NCBI GenBank assembly: GCA_001783695.1
Contig: MFNE01000006.1
Location: forward strand, 4,113-68,112
From: Candidatus Lambdaproteobacteria bacterium RIFOXYD2_FULL_50_16
GTDB taxonomy: Bacteria; SAR324; XYD2-FULL-50-16
DNA length: 64,000 nt
Direction: 5' to 3'
A program made the position numbers and the translations under genes. Every line of letters starts with the position of its first letter. The stretch's first letter is position 1. Shown here piece by piece: positions 9,706 through 20,876 of this stretch. A model generated the notes under the pieces. It was given only the letters and a program-made list of their open reading frames with translations, was not told the DNA's origin and searched no databases.

Positions 9706-11082
9706 TTGTCTGGGTTTGAAGGCAACAACCCCTACCCGAATTATAGCTTGGGATTCGAACACTTCATTTTTAAGCGCTACCTGTGGAGTCCCCGCGAGGA
9801 TCGGAGTATCTCCGTAATCACAGGAATTTCTATCTTTGGGGTCGCCCTTGGGGTGATGACCTTGATTGTAGTCCTTTCGGTAATGAACGGGTTCGAGCGC
9901 GATTTGCGGGCGGCTATTCAGGGGGCCAATGCCCACCTTACGGTATATCGCTTCGGCTCTAAAGGGATCGACCAGATTGAAGAGCGAATGGCCAAATTGG
10001 CTTCGGCCAAAGGGGTTGAGGCGGTTAGCCCCTTCACGAGCCACCAAGCGATGTTAATGGGCACAGGCAAACCCCAGGGCAGCATGATCAAAGGGATCGA
10101 TGTTACCCTAGAGCCGCAAGTGACCAAAATGGACTTTTTTATTCGAACCCGTCTCTTTGAGTCTAAAAGGGACAACAGCTTAATGCAGGCTGATCCGCAG
10201 CAAGCTCAAATGGCTCGGCAAATCCTCACGGATCTAGCCCCTAGCGAAAAAAAATGGACCGATGAAGAGGGACAAGAGCACAGCTCCTTTTTAGCTGGAA
10301 TCTTAATCGGCAGTCAGCTGGCTAAAAACTTGGGGGTTGGTATTGGCGAAGTGGTCACCTTGGTTAGCCCAGAAGAGCGAATTACGCCTATGGGTGAAAT
10401 CCCCAGGGCCAAACGGTTTCGGGTGGAAGGTTTTTTTGAGTCTGGGATTATGGGGTACGACGAGATCCTGGCTTTTGTTGATCTAAAAACCGCGCAAAAA
10501 CTTTACCGAATGGGAGACCGGGTCACGGGCTTTGCCCTTCGCCTAGACGACGGTGAAAGGGCGCCCGAGGTCAAAAAAGCCCTCTCCGATGATTTCCCCT
10601 TCCCCTTTGCCTTAGCCAGCTGGACCGAGCAAAACAAAAACCTGTTTGCCGTGTTTAAATTGGAAAAGATTGGCCTAGCTTTGATCTTGACCCTAATTAT
10701 TTTAATCGCCGCTTTTAATATTATCTCAAGTTTGGTACTCTTGGTGATCGAAAAGCGTAAAGATATCGCCATTTTAAAGGCCATGGGGGCCCAATCGGGG
10801 GCGATTCGGCGGATTTTTGTTTACCAAGGTACCGTAATTGGACTGACCGGAACCTTTTTGGGGATCCTGATGGGTCTCTTGGTTTGTTGGGCGATTGCTA
10901 GTTTTGATGTGATCGAAATACCAGCGGGCGTTTACGTGGGTAACCGTATCCCTATGTATATCGAGACTTGGCAGGTTGGCTTGATTGCGGTGGTATCTTT
11001 GGTGATCTGTTTCAGCGTGACCTTAATTCCCAGCCGCAAGGCTGCCAGTCTTGACCCGGTGGAGGGCCTTAAATATGAGTGA
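9706..11082 (+). CDS. Lipoprotein-release permease, LolC/LolE family (single copy)
   Basis: 458 aa. 'FEHFIFKRYLWS' N-terminus, FtsX/MacB-type TM layout, C-terminal '[17 protein letters not shown]'. There is no ATG start; TTG at 9706 or TTG at 9748 is possible. Confidence 0.85.
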   Translation: MSGFEGNNPYPNYSLGFEHFIFKRYLWSPREDRSISVITGISIFGVALGVMTLIVVLSVMNGFERDLRAAIQGANAHLTVYRFGSKGIDQIEERMAKLASAKGVEAVSPFTSHQAMLMGTGKPQGSMIKGIDVTLEPQVTKMDFFIRTRLFESKRDNSLMQADPQQAQMARQILTDLAPSEKKWTDEEGQEHSSFLAGILIGSQLAKNLGVGIGEVVTLVSPEERITPMGEIPRAKRFRVEGFFESGIMGYDEILAFVDLKTAQKLYRMGDRVTGFALRLDDGERAPEVKKALSDDFPFPFALASWTEQNKNLFAVFKLEKIGLALILTLIILIAAFNIISSLVLLVIEKRKDIAILKAMGAQSGAIRRIFVYQGTVIGLTGTFLGILMGLLVCWAIASFDVIEIPAGVYVGNRIPMYIETWQVGLIAVVSLVICFSVTLIPSRKAASLDPVEGLKYE

Positions 11083-11758
11083 GTTTCTTAAACTCAAAGG
11101 TCTTTCTAAGAGTTACCCCGACGGACAAGGGCAATTGCTTTCGATCCTGGTCAACCTAGAGTATCATTTCATAGAGGGGCAGAGTTATTCGGTTGTAGGT
11201 CGCTCTGGGTCCGGTAAATCGACGTTGCTACACCTCTTGGGTGGTCTGGACCGTCCTAGCGAGGGTGAAGTGGTCTTTGAAGGGGAAAACCTCTTTACTA
11301 AAAGCCCCGCCCAGTTGGCCCATTGGCGAGCCCAGATTTTGGGGTTTGTATTCCAGGCCCACCATTTACTACCGGACTTTACGGCTTTAGAAAACGCTCT
11401 AATCCCCGGCCTTATTCAGGGCAAAAGCCAGCCCCAGGCCGCGGCCCAGGCCCAGGCCCTTTTAGAGCGGTTGGGTCTTGGCCAAAGATTACATCATAAG
11501 CCCAGCGAACTGTCTGGAGGGGAGCAACAAAGGGTGGCCATAGCCAGAGCCTTGGCCGGTGACCCCCGATTGATCCTGGCGGACGAGCCCACGGGCAACC
11601 TGGATCCAGACACAGGCAAATCGGTTGCAGAACTGTTATTAGAACTCTGCGCAGACCATCACAAAACCTTGATCTTGGTAACCCACAGTCCCGAATTGGC
11701 AGCCAAAACCCAGAATCAATTGCAGCTTGTCGGCGGCCAACTTGAGGAGGTGGCGTGA
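11075..11758 (+). CDS. lolD: Lipoprotein-release ABC ATPase LolD
   Basis: ATG 11075 ([14 protein letters not shown]) overlaps the permease stop. Walker A 'GRSGSGKST', signature '[15 protein letters not shown]', Walker B '[11 protein letters not shown]'. Confidence 0.9.
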   Translation: MSEFLKLKGLSKSYPDGQGQLLSILVNLEYHFIEGQSYSVVGRSGSGKSTLLHLLGGLDRPSEGEVVFEGENLFTKSPAQLAHWRAQILGFVFQAHHLLPDFTALENALIPGLIQGKSQPQAAAQAQALLERLGLGQRLHHKPSELSGGEQQRVAIARALAGDPRLILADEPTGNLDPDTGKSVAELLLELCADHHKTLILVTHSPELAAKTQNQLQLVGGQLEEVA

Positions 11759-14271
11759 GGGTTGCTGGGCTTTTTTTACTTTTGGGTTTGATCCTTCCTT
11801 GGTCGCTCTCGGCGCAGATGTTGCCTAGTATGCAGCAGGGCAAGGTGGTAGATATTCGTATGGAAGGGATCGATCTGATTGAAAAAGGGGTCCTTTATAA
11901 TTCCATCACTACCGCTATCGGTTATGACTTATCCCCGGGCCAGGTCGCCCAAGATATCAAAACCCTCTTTGGCCTGGGATATTTTAATGACGTCTCGGTC
12001 TCTACCGAGCCTGCGGGGCCGGGCGAGTTGGTGTTGATTTTTAAATTGGTAGAAAAAGCGCGGATCCAAAAGTTTGAAATAAAGGGGATGAACCTGCTCG
12101 ATAAAAAAACCATTGAAGAGCAGATTTTAGTACATCGAAACAACATGATCGACCTAGTCCGTATCAAGCGGGACCTCGACATGCTCAAAGGGGAGTATCG
12201 CAAAAAGGGACATTTGCGGACTCGAATTGGTTACCGAATCGAGACCATCGACGTTAAAAGGGTCAATCTCTATTATGAGATCGACGAGTTGCCCCAGGTT
12301 TATCTGACTAAATTCCATATTGAAGGCACCCAGTTTTTCTTTCCCCTCGACGTCGAACGGCTTTTGCAGTCGGCGGAAGTGGATTGTTTTAGCTGGGTAA
12401 CCGATTCGGGAGTATTCCAAGAAGAAAAGATCAACCAAGACCTAGCCCTGATCACCCAAGAATATCTAAAAAACGGTTTTATCAAGGTTCATATTGATAA
12501 GCCCAAAGTGATTATGACCCAAAAGAGGGACCTTGCGGTTGTCGAGGTTTGGCTTAAGATTACCGAAGGCGACCAATACTTTACGGGTGAGTTAGATATC
12601 AAATCCGCCGATAATAACAAGCTGCTCCGCCAGATCAGTGAAGAAACGGACCCTGATACCGAGGGCGAACAAACCCCCTTAACCTACAAGCAGACTTATA
12701 TCGAAGGCGAGATGAAGCTTAAAAAGGGGGAAGTATATAACCCTTTTAAGCAAAACGAGGATCGGTTTGGCCTAAACGATATCTATATGGAGCAGGGGTA
12801 TGCCTTTGCTCGGGTTATGCCGGACCCGGTTATCCATGACGATACTAAGATTGTTGATGTAAATTACCGAATCGCTCGCGGAGAAAAGGCCTATATTGGG
12901 CGGCTGGAGATTGAAGGGAACTACGAAACTCAAGACCGCGTTGTTCGGCGAGAGCTTAGGATTCACGACAACGAATTGTTTAACGGGGTTAAACTTAGAG
13001 ATTCAAACAAGCAGATCACCAAGCTTGGTTTTTTTGAGCCTGGATATGGGGTTGAGCTGGATCAACAGCCCGGGAAGAATGACCTAGAGGTAGATTACAA
13101 CATTAAATTGTCCGAGGCCCAAACCGGTAGTTTTAACGCTAGCTTATCTTATTCAGCCTATAACGGCTTGGTGTTGTCGTTAGGGATATCCAAACGCAAC
13201 CTTTTTGGTACTGGTAAAAGCGCCAACTTCACGGTGGAGCGGCGGCAGCGGGGTGAATCCTTGTTTAACGTTTCTCTAATCAGCCCCTATATTTTTGATA
13301 GTAACTTTACTAACTCGACCTCCGTATTTTCCGAATATTTAACCGACACCGAATACAATACCCGCCGAACTGGGTTTACGACGGGGCTTTCTTATCCCCT
13401 TTGGGAAAACTGGGACGGTTCTGTTCGTTACGCCTATACCAACGAATCCTATGTAGGGGCCTCGGCGGTGGGCACCAGCCTATTGGGGGGAAGTGAGTCC
13501 CAGACCTACCGTAGTATTCGCCCTGGGGTCTCGTATTCGTCGGTTAACAACCCCATGTTCCCTTCAGATGGTTTTGACGCAAACCTTAGCGCTGAACGCT
13601 TTGGCGGTATTTTGGGCGGGACGACGGATTACCAAAACATCAGTTTTACCTCGCGGTTTTTTAACTCGCTAAACGACGACGAAACCGTCGTTTTTATGGC
13701 GCAATATCGCCAGTCTCAGTTGATGCGGACCGATCCTAATAAAGAAATTCCAGCAGCCCAGCGGTTTTTGACGGGTGGGGTTACCTCGATTCGAGGTCAC
13801 GTCTGGGGTGACATCCAGGGGCCGGCAGGTTATTATGAGCGAGCTTCTGAATTCTCGATTGCCAAGAAATATCCCTATGAAGGCGATTATCCCGATTGCG
13901 CCAGTGGTGGTTCTAATTGCCCAGCCAACCTGCCTGAGAACCTCCCAGACGAACGAAAATATTACAACGAACACCAGCGGGGAACCCTCCTAAAAATTAT
14001 GAACCTGGAGGTTTTGTTCCCCTTGACCCGGGAAGGACGTAATATTCGAGGGCTGTTCTTCTTCGACGCTGGAAACGTTTGGTCCGAAGATCGCATGTAT
14101 GAAATATTGGGGGTGAAAAAAGACCCGTTTTACCTACGCAAAAGTTACGGGACCGGGATAAGGATGATTACTCCAATGGGGGTTTTCCGGTTTGAATACG
14201 GGATCAAGTTAGATAAAAAACCTCAAGAAGAACCTTCCAGACTCGACTTCACCATCTCCGGCCTGTTTTAA
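11755..14271 (+). CDS. bamA: Outer-membrane protein assembly factor BamA (Omp85)
   Basis: 838 aa. GTG start overlaps the lolD stop. Signal peptide, POTRA-like repeats ('GYFNDVSVS', 'GFIKVHIDKP'), Omp85 barrel with a 'TSIRGH' loop-6-type motif and terminal 'ISGLF'. Confidence 0.9.
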   Translation: MRVAGLFLLLGLILPWSLSAQMLPSMQQGKVVDIRMEGIDLIEKGVLYNSITTAIGYDLSPGQVAQDIKTLFGLGYFNDVSVSTEPAGPGELVLIFKLVEKARIQKFEIKGMNLLDKKTIEEQILVHRNNMIDLVRIKRDLDMLKGEYRKKGHLRTRIGYRIETIDVKRVNLYYEIDELPQVYLTKFHIEGTQFFFPLDVERLLQSAEVDCFSWVTDSGVFQEEKINQDLALITQEYLKNGFIKVHIDKPKVIMTQKRDLAVVEVWLKITEGDQYFTGELDIKSADNNKLLRQISEETDPDTEGEQTPLTYKQTYIEGEMKLKKGEVYNPFKQNEDRFGLNDIYMEQGYAFARVMPDPVIHDDTKIVDVNYRIARGEKAYIGRLEIEGNYETQDRVVRRELRIHDNELFNGVKLRDSNKQITKLGFFEPGYGVELDQQPGKNDLEVDYNIKLSEAQTGSFNASLSYSAYNGLVLSLGISKRNLFGTGKSANFTVERRQRGESLFNVSLISPYIFDSNFTNSTSVFSEYLTDTEYNTRRTGFTTGLSYPLWENWDGSVRYAYTNESYVGASAVGTSLLGGSESQTYRSIRPGVSYSSVNNPMFPSDGFDANLSAERFGGILGGTTDYQNISFTSRFFNSLNDDETVVFMAQYRQSQLMRTDPNKEIPAAQRFLTGGVTSIRGHVWGDIQGPAGYYERASEFSIAKKYPYEGDYPDCASGGSNCPANLPENLPDERKYYNEHQRGTLLKIMNLEVLFPLTREGRNIRGLFFFDAGNVWSEDRMYEILGVKKDPFYLRKSYGTGIRMITPMGVFRFEYGIKLDKKPQEEPSRLDFTISGLF

Positions 14272-14301
14272 GCCCCTGGCCGGTTTGACCGGCTAAGAAC
14301 T

Positions 14302-14880
14302 ATGGCTAAACGAACTTTATTGCTACTTTTTGCGGTATTATTGATGGCCGCCCCGGTCAAAGCCGAGACGTGGGTTAGTGCCAGTTTGCCTACGAGTTTT
14401 AGCTTTAGTTCCTATGGCAATCCCCTTTATGATTTCGACCAAGTTAGTAGCACCTCCACCGCAGGTTATTCGCTTTTAGCAAGTTTGCCGGTCCCCTTGC
14501 TGCCTATTGTTGGGCTCTCGGAGTTTGTGGTGCAGCTAGTCCCCAGTAGTCCAGCCATAACAGGCACCAACCAAATGCGGTTGAATACCTATGATGTAGC
14601 CTTCGATTTCTCGGGTAAAAATGTTGGTTTTTTGCTAGGCTATGGAGCGGGGAAGGCCACATTTGAGTGCGCTCAAAGTGATTGCTCTAACCTTACCTTT
14701 TATCAGCGCGAGGTGATCCAATATTTTGGCCAACTAGGGGTCCCATTTGGAACCAACGCTGATTTTCATCTTGAAGCCCGCCGGGTGATTGGTCGGGTGC
14801 AGGTGGACTCGGGCGTACAAGCGCTCGATTTAGACCTCCAAGGAATGTTATTTGCCTTTGGGTTTAGGATTGGATTTTAA
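14302..14880 (+). CDS. Small outer-membrane beta-barrel protein (about 8 strands)
   Basis: 192 aa. Signal peptide 'APVKAETW', alternating hydrophobic pattern, C-terminal 'GFRIGF'. Confidence 0.55.
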   Translation: MAKRTLLLLFAVLLMAAPVKAETWVSASLPTSFSFSSYGNPLYDFDQVSSTSTAGYSLLASLPVPLLPIVGLSEFVVQLVPSSPAITGTNQMRLNTYDVAFDFSGKNVGFLLGYGAGKATFECAQSDCSNLTFYQREVIQYFGQLGVPFGTNADFHLEARRVIGRVQVDSGVQALDLDLQGMLFAFGFRIGF

Positions 14881-14953
14881 AAAAAACGGTCAAGTTTTTT
14901 TAAAAATGACCGATAAGGAAAAAGAACTTTCCTATAAGAAGCGAGTATAGACA

Positions 14954-15592
14954 ATGAAAAAAATACTATTTTTTGGTTTGCTCCTGCTCTTGATGGCTAG
15001 TCCAGCAATGGCGCAGCGCAAACAGAAGGAACCAGGGAACAAGCTAGGGGTGGCTTATTTTGCCCTTTCAGGAACTGAATACACCCTGCAATCAAGCACT
15101 AGTATTACGACCGGGTCTGAACCCATGGTGGGCCCAGCTTTTTTTTACGAGCGAGTGTTCCTAAGCCGGTTCTCAGCGGGTGTTAAATATGCCTCTGGCT
15201 TAGACCGAAGCTTGGATATGTGGATAGATGGAAACACCGTGTCAATTGTGGAAAAAACCGTTTTAACCAGTTTTGATTTTAAGGCCTACTTTAAGGACCA
15301 CTCTAGTTCGGGCCTTAAACCCTATTTAGGGGTGGGATTTGGTAACCTGGTATCTAGTTCGGTCGTGACCACCATTGCTGCTTCGGGCAACACCGAAGGC
15401 AACACCAGTGCTACCGTGCCCACCACTACCTTGAACCTAGGTGCGGACTATCTTTTAGAGTTTGGCGCAGTGCGCTTTGATTTTGGCACCACCACAGGCC
15501 GCCGTCGCGACCTAGATGGCCATACGACCTATAAAGCCCTGTATAAAATGGACGGGGCCTCATTTTCGGTTGGGGTGTACAGCTTCTTTTAG
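14954..15592 (+). CDS. Small outer-membrane beta-barrel protein
   Basis: 212 aa. Signal peptide 'SPAMAQ', beta-strand periodicity, C-terminal 'VGVYSFF'. Confidence 0.6.
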   Translation: MKKILFFGLLLLLMASPAMAQRKQKEPGNKLGVAYFALSGTEYTLQSSTSITTGSEPMVGPAFFYERVFLSRFSAGVKYASGLDRSLDMWIDGNTVSIVEKTVLTSFDFKAYFKDHSSSGLKPYLGVGFGNLVSSSVVTTIAASGNTEGNTSATVPTTTLNLGADYLLEFGAVRFDFGTTTGRRRDLDGHTTYKALYKMDGASFSVGVYSFF

Positions 15593-15610
15593 GGTTGCGA
15601 GTCCCTTCGG

Positions 15611-16192
15611 CTAGAGACTGCTTAGGCGCTGTTGCTCAATGATGTGAATGAAGTCGGCCTTGGCATTTTGGTTCTCTTGGAACTCACCGATCGTAGCAAT
15701 GGTGGTCATCACACTGTGCTGCTTGCCAATCCCTCGGCTAGAGATACACAAATGCCGGGCTTCGACCAATACCGCGACTCCTCGAGCCTGGGTTTCGTGT
15801 TCTAAGGCCTGAGCAATTTGCCAGGTCATCTCCTCTTGGATCTGTAGCCGCCTAGAGTAAATCTCCATTAACCTAGCTAGCTTACTAATCCCCACCACGT
15901 GATCCTTGGGCAAATAGCCAATATGGCATTTACCAATAAAGGGCATCATGTGATGCTCGCAAGTGGAGTATAGCTCAATATTGGAAAGCACCACCAACTC
16001 CCCCGAATGGGTGGAAAATTTTTTTTCTAAAATCTCGGCTGGGTCTAATTTGTACCCTTTAAAAATCTCTTCATAGGCCCGAATTACCCGTTCTGGGGTT
16101 TCCAAAAGACCTTCGCGTTCTGGGTCATCCCCGATAAAACGGATCAAGGTTTTGATCGCCTCTTTGGCCTCTTCGGCGCTGACTGGATTCAT
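15611..16192 (-). CDS. folE: GTP cyclohydrolase I
   Basis: I use the internal ATG at 16192 ([14 protein letters not shown]), which forms an ATGA overlap with the rlmN stop. 'STCEHHMMPF' zinc/active-site motif. Confidence 0.9.
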   Translation of the reverse strand: MNPVSAEEAKEAIKTLIRFIGDDPEREGLLETPERVIRAYEEIFKGYKLDPAEILEKKFSTHSGELVVLSNIELYSTCEHHMMPFIGKCHIGYLPKDHVVGISKLARLMEIYSRRLQIQEEMTWQIAQALEHETQARGVAVLVEARHLCISSRGIGKQHSVMTTIATIGEFQENQNAKADFIHIIEQQRLSSL

Positions 16193-17238
16193 TTTAGCTC
16201 CTTTAACTGTTTTGCATAATCCGTGGCCAATTGCCCGCAAGCAGCCGCCACATCTTGGCCACGAGCAGCGCGCAGAGTCGCCAGTAAGCCCTTGTCTAAT
16301 AGATAACGCTGAAAGGCCTTGGTCCGAGCCGGGTCGGGGGCCCTAAAGGGTAAATCGGGATGTTCATTAAACTCGATTAAGTTAACTTTTGCCTTGATCC
16401 CGTTCAGTAAAGCAACCAACCGTTTCGCTTGATCCATTCCGTCCGTATGGTCTCTTAAGAGAACATATTCAAAAGTGATCCGGTCCTTTTTTTCAGGTGG
16501 CATCTCTTTTAGGGCCTGGATTAAGGATTCGAGGTCATGGCGTTTAGAGACGGGCATTAAGAGTTGCCGCTCTTCTTGGGTAACCCCGTTGAGCGAGATT
16601 GCAAGCATAGCCCGAACCTCGGGCTCTGCCCAGAAGCGGCGAATCCCTTCGACCAAACCGCTGGTAGAGATGGTAACCCTTCTCCAAGAATAATCCAACC
16701 CTCTTGGGTCTAGTAATATCTTAAGGGCTAAAATCAGGTTGTCATAATTATGTAAGGGTTCGCCCATACCCATAAACACCAGATTTCTGATTCCTTGGCC
16801 CTCAGGCAGATGGGCTTTGGCGGCTAGAATTTGCCCCACGATCTCGGCGGGGGTAAGGTTTCTTTTAAGCCCCATTTTGGCGGTCAAACAAAATTTGCAG
16901 GCCATGGCGCAGCCCACTTGGGTGGATAAGCAAAGGGTGTTGTGATCCGAATGGCGCAGCAACACGGTTTCGATCTGCTCTTGATCGGCCAGCGACAATA
17001 ACAGCTTGATGGTGCCGTCTTGGGCGGTTTTATGCCCAACCTCTAAAAGTGGGGTTAAGCAAAAACGTTCGCTTAAAAGGCTACGCAAGGACTTAGAAAG
17101 GTTCGACATCTCCCAGAAATCCCTGGCCCCTTTGGCGTATAGCCAGTGGTAGATTTGCTCAGCGTTAAAGGGCTTTTGGCCCTCTTTAACCAACCAAGCC
17201 TTTAAGTCGGCGCGGGTGAATTCGTAGAGATTGATCAT
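16189..17238 (-). CDS. rlmN: Radical-SAM rRNA/tRNA adenine-C2 methyltransferase RlmN
   Basis: 349 aa. '[11 protein letters not shown]' CxxxCxxC motif and C-terminal 'AACGQL' catalytic Cys region. Confidence 0.9.
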   Translation of the reverse strand: MINLYEFTRADLKAWLVKEGQKPFNAEQIYHWLYAKGARDFWEMSNLSKSLRSLLSERFCLTPLLEVGHKTAQDGTIKLLLSLADQEQIETVLLRHSDHNTLCLSTQVGCAMACKFCLTAKMGLKRNLTPAEIVGQILAAKAHLPEGQGIRNLVFMGMGEPLHNYDNLILALKILLDPRGLDYSWRRVTISTSGLVEGIRRFWAEPEVRAMLAISLNGVTQEERQLLMPVSKRHDLESLIQALKEMPPEKKDRITFEYVLLRDHTDGMDQAKRLVALLNGIKAKVNLIEFNEHPDLPFRAPDPARTKAFQRYLLDKGLLATLRAARGQDVAAACGQLATDYAKQLKELK

Positions 17239-17675
17239 TCGCCAATCAGGGCGGCAATATGGGCCGCCGCCGTTAAATAACCTTGGGGGCCGAGACCAGC
17301 GATAACCCCTTCGGCCACATCTGAAAGATAGCTGTGGTGCCGGAAGGGCTCGCGGGCATAAACGTTAGAGATATGTAGCTCAATAAAGCGTAACCTCACC
17401 CCCGAAATAGCGTCTCGCAGACCGATAGAAGTATGGGTCAGCGCACCTGCATTAATAATTGCGTGCTCGGCACTGGGCCCTTCGGCCTGGATAAAGTCGA
17501 TAATCGCCCCTTCGTGATTCGATTGGAAACACAAACAGGTCATCCCAGATTCTTCAAAGTAGGCTTTAACCTGTTCTTCAATATCGGCCAAGGAAGCCCC
17601 GCCGTAGAGTTCGGGTTCGCGGGTGCCCAAGAGGTTTAGATTGGGGCCGTTGATCAATAAGATTTTAGCACTCAT
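17235..17675 (-). CDS. aroQ: Type II 3-dehydroquinate dehydratase
   Basis: 146 aa. '[21 protein letters not shown]' and '[13 protein letters not shown]'. Confidence 0.9.
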   Translation of the reverse strand: MSAKILLINGPNLNLLGTREPELYGGASLADIEEQVKAYFEESGMTCLCFQSNHEGAIIDFIQAEGPSAEHAIINAGALTHTSIGLRDAISGVRLRFIELHISNVYAREPFRHHSYLSDVAEGVIAGLGPQGYLTAAAHIAALIGE

Positions 17676-18402
17676 CGGGCATACTCATAAAATGGTGGAT
17701 CAAGATGGCCGCAGAGGCGCTTACGTTAAGGCTCTCCATCTGGCCGTGGCCGGGTATGGTAATCAAATGGTCGCAGCGTTTAGTGGTTAGTTTCCTCAAC
17801 CCAGAACCCTCGTTGCCCAGCACTAAGACCATGTTAGGAGCCAGCAAGGCCTGGGCCAAAGGTTGGCTGGTTTCGTCTAACTGGGCCCCATAAACCCAAT
17901 ATCCAGCAGACTTAAGCCGGTCTAGCGCTTCGGCTAGATTGCCTACTAAAGCCATGGGAAACCACTCCATCGCCCCTGCGCTGGCTTTGGAAGCAGCGGC
18001 ACTAAAGGGGGCCGAATGATCCTTAGGGATTAACAGGCCCCCGGCTCCCAAAAAGGCAGCAGTGCGGCAGATGGCCCCTAGGTTTTGCGGGTCCTCGATC
18101 TGGTCTAAAGCGACCAAAAGGCGAGGTTTGGTTTGTAAAAAATCCTCCCAAGGCACTGGTTCTAGTGGGCCACATTCCAAGGCCAACCCCTGGTGCATCT
18201 TGGAGTCGGTAAGTTTAAAGAGCTGCTCACTGGTCGCTTCGCTGACCTGAATATGGGCCTCCTTGGCCAGTTTTAAGATAGCCTTAAACCGGGGGTTTTT
18301 ACCATCGGTTTTCATCCACAATCGAATAAGTTTTCGCTTGCCCGCTAAAAGTGCCGCCTCGACCGGGGTGACCCCGTAGAGGGCCTTTATTTTCTCTGCC
18401 AT
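17665..18402 (-). CDS. rlmB: SpoU/TrmH-family 23S rRNA 2'-O-methyltransferase (RlmB-like)
   Basis: 245 aa. N-terminal substrate-binding domain ('[10 protein letters not shown]'), '[17 protein letters not shown]', '[11 protein letters not shown]', '[20 protein letters not shown]'. Confidence 0.8.
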   Translation of the reverse strand: MAEKIKALYGVTPVEAALLAGKRKLIRLWMKTDGKNPRFKAILKLAKEAHIQVSEATSEQLFKLTDSKMHQGLALECGPLEPVPWEDFLQTKPRLLVALDQIEDPQNLGAICRTAAFLGAGGLLIPKDHSAPFSAAASKASAGAMEWFPMALVGNLAEALDRLKSAGYWVYGAQLDETSQPLAQALLAPNMVLVLGNEGSGLRKLTTKRCDHLITIPGHGQMESLNVSASAAILIHHFMSMPDEC

Positions 18403-19796
18403 TGGGTCGTTCCATCGCGGTCAATCAATAAGATACCGGCATTGCTTAATTGGTCTCTAAGTTGGTCTGCTTGTGCCCAGTTTTTAGACAAGCGCGCGGC
18501 CAGCCGTTGGGCAATTAATTCCTCAATCTGGGTATTAGAAAGGTCGCCGGTTTTGAGCGTCTTGATCCGCTCTGATTTAAACCAGTGGGCTGGTTGGTCT
18601 TCTAGCAGGCCCAAGATTCGGCTTAAATCGTGTAGTAGCCAATACCCTTCAGCACCCAACTCTCCTTTATTGAGATCCTTGGCGATTTCAAACAAAACCG
18701 CTAGGGCCATGGGGGTGTTGAGGTCGTCGGCTAGGGCCTCCATAAACCGCTGATGGTAGGCCTTGGCCACATCCGACTGGGGTCCTAAGCGCCCGGGCTT
18801 ACTGCCGGTTTCGCCTTCGACCTTAAACAAGGCCCCATAAAGCCGGTCTAGTCCCTCTAGGCCCCGTTCTACCGCCTCTTCTGAAAAGTTGACCGCCGCT
18901 CGGTACTGGCTAGAAAGCACGAAGTACCGAATAAGCTCAGGGTGGTATTTTTCCAGGAGCTCACGAATGGTAAAAAAGTTGCCCAAGGACTTCGACATTT
19001 TGTGGGCGTCAATTTTAACCATTCCGTTGTGCAGCCAGTAGTTTACAAAGGCTTCCTGGTGGCAACATTCAGATTGGGCAATCTCGTTTTCGTGATGGGG
19101 AAAAATCAGGTCTGAGCCCCCTAGGTGAAGGTCGAAATGAGTGCCTAGGTATTTTTTAGCCATCGCAGAACACTCAATATGCCAACCAGGGCGGCCCTCA
19201 CCAAAGGGGCTTTGCCAACTAGGTTCCCCGGGTTTAGCCTTTTTCCATAATGCAAAATCTAGGGCGTCTTCTTTGACTTCATTAACCTCGACCCGGCTTC
19301 CTGAGATCAGGTCGTCCAGGTTTTTACCCGAGAGTTTACCGTATTCGAGAAAGGAGCGGACCCTAAAAAAAATGTCCCCGCCAGCGGCGTAGGCGAAACC
19401 TTTTGCTAAAAGGTCGCTGATCATATGGATGATTTCGGCAATATGCTGGGTCGCTTTGGGGGCAATGTCAGGCGGGAATACCCCTAAGGCCGCCATGTCT
19501 TGGTCGTGGGCCTCAATCATTGCTTCGGTCAAGGCGGCCCAAGGCTGGCCGGATTCCTGGGCGCGGGCAATGATTTTATCGTCAATATCGGTGTAGTTTT
19601 TGACAAAGGTCACCTTATAACCTTCAGCCTTTAAAAAAGCCCGCAACACGTCGAAGTTGATAGCGCCCCTAGCATGACCTAAATGGCACAAATCATAGAC
19701 CGTCACCCCGCAGCAATAGATCTTAGCTTCTTTGGCAACCAAAGGGACAAATTCTTCTTTTTTGCCGGTGAGGCTATTATAAAACTGGATTTTCAA
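18387..19796 (-). CDS. cysS: Cysteine-tRNA ligase
   Basis: 469 aa. HIGH motif 'HLGHARG' and 'KMSKS' both present. Confidence 0.95.
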   Translation of the reverse strand: MKIQFYNSLTGKKEEFVPLVAKEAKIYCCGVTVYDLCHLGHARGAINFDVLRAFLKAEGYKVTFVKNYTDIDDKIIARAQESGQPWAALTEAMIEAHDQDMAALGVFPPDIAPKATQHIAEIIHMISDLLAKGFAYAAGGDIFFRVRSFLEYGKLSGKNLDDLISGSRVEVNEVKEDALDFALWKKAKPGEPSWQSPFGEGRPGWHIECSAMAKKYLGTHFDLHLGGSDLIFPHHENEIAQSECCHQEAFVNYWLHNGMVKIDAHKMSKSLGNFFTIRELLEKYHPELIRYFVLSSQYRAAVNFSEEAVERGLEGLDRLYGALFKVEGETGSKPGRLGPQSDVAKAYHQRFMEALADDLNTPMALAVLFEIAKDLNKGELGAEGYWLLHDLSRILGLLEDQPAHWFKSERIKTLKTGDLSNTQIEELIAQRLAARLSKNWAQADQLRDQLSNAGILLIDRDGTTQWQRK

Positions 19797-20194
19797 TGGG
19801 GCTCCGGGTTGAGGCGGCCTTCGACACAGCGGGTCGTAAAGCCTCCTCTGGGTTGGTATAGGGTTGAAACCTTGAGGTTATGGGTGCCCAAAAGGACCTT
19901 TAAATCTTCGAAAATACGCTTGGTTACCCCTTCTTGGTACAGGCCAACATTGCGAAAGCTGGTCATATAGTATTTGAGGGATTTTAATTCCACACACCGA
20001 CCCCCTTCAGGGTAATATTCGATGGTTAACACCCCTAAGTCTGGCAGTCCGCTAAAGGGGCAAACCGCTGAAAATTCGGAGGTTTCTGTATGAATATATT
20101 GCCCTTTTGAATCGAACGCAAAGGTTTCTAATAGATCGGTCCGAATCGCTTCGGGGCCGTCAAATTCAAAGGTTAAACCTTCTGCTTGTGCCAT
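19793..20194 (-). CDS. queF: NADPH-dependent 7-cyano-7-deazaguanine reductase (short, type I QueF)
   Basis: 133 aa. '[13 protein letters not shown]' catalytic Cys motif and 'ELKSLKYY'. Confidence 0.9.
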   Translation of the reverse strand: MAQAEGLTFEFDGPEAIRTDLLETFAFDSKGQYIHTETSEFSAVCPFSGLPDLGVLTIEYYPEGGRCVELKSLKYYMTSFRNVGLYQEGVTKRIFEDLKVLLGTHNLKVSTLYQPRGGFTTRCVEGRLNPEPH

Positions 20195-20195
20195 G

Positions 20196-20876
20196 TTATT
20201 TGCCTTGTTTAAGTGCCAAAAATTCAGCGAAACCTCGCTCCCTTATTTTACAAGCCGGGCAATGGCCGCAACCTCGGCCCCATTTATTGAGGTTTGGGTC
20301 CCCGTTATAACAGGAATGGGATTCTCTAACAACCAGGTCCAAGATTCCGGCTTCCTCGGCCATCTGGAAGGTTTCCGCCTTGGTTTTGTACATCAAGGGG
20401 GTTTTTAGTTCGATGTGTTGGTCTGCGCCTGAATTCAAGGCAGCAATAAAGGCCTTAGCAAACTCGTCGCGGCAGTCAGGATAACCCGAGTAGTCGGTCT
20501 GGCAAATGCCGGTAACCAAGACTTGGGCTTTAATCTGTTGAGCGAAACTATGGGCGAGCAAGATAAACAAGGCATTGCGGTTGGGAACAAAACTGGCCGG
20601 CAAGAGATTGTTATCTCGGTGTTGGGCGTTCATGTCTGGCAGGTTGCCCGTTAGGGCGGAGGTGACCATTTCTTGGTAAAAAGAGATGTCCCAAACGTCG
20701 AGCGGGACCCCTAGGGTCTCGGCAATTAGGGTTGCTTGGACGATCTCTATTTCGTGCACCTGTCCATAAATAAAGCTGATGGCCGCGACTTCTTTATACC
20801 GCTGTTTGGCCCATGCCAGACAAGTGGTCGAGTCCTGCCCGCCAGAAAAGATGACCAGCGCTTTTTTATCTTCCAT
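20196..20876 (-). CDS. queC: 7-cyano-7-deazaguanine synthase
   Basis: 226 aa. PP-loop '[10 protein letters not shown]' and C-terminal zinc Cys cluster '[10 protein letters not shown]'. Confidence 0.9.
   Translation of the reverse strand: MEDKKALVIFSGGQDSTTCLAWAKQRYKEVAAISFIYGQVHEIEIVQATLIAETLGVPLDVWDISFYQEMVTSALTGNLPDMNAQHRDNNLLPASFVPNRNALFILLAHSFAQQIKAQVLVTGICQTDYSGYPDCRDEFAKAFIAALNSGADQHIELKTPLMYKTKAETFQMAEEAGILDLVVRESHSCYNGDPNLNKWGRGCGHCPACKIRERGFAEFLALKQGK

Noticed and set aside
9741-9760. tRNA T-arm-like string GGGATTCGAACAC
   Set aside because: There is no matching acceptor, D or anticodon arm around it. It lies in the N-terminal coding region of the LolC/E gene (…SLGFEHF…).
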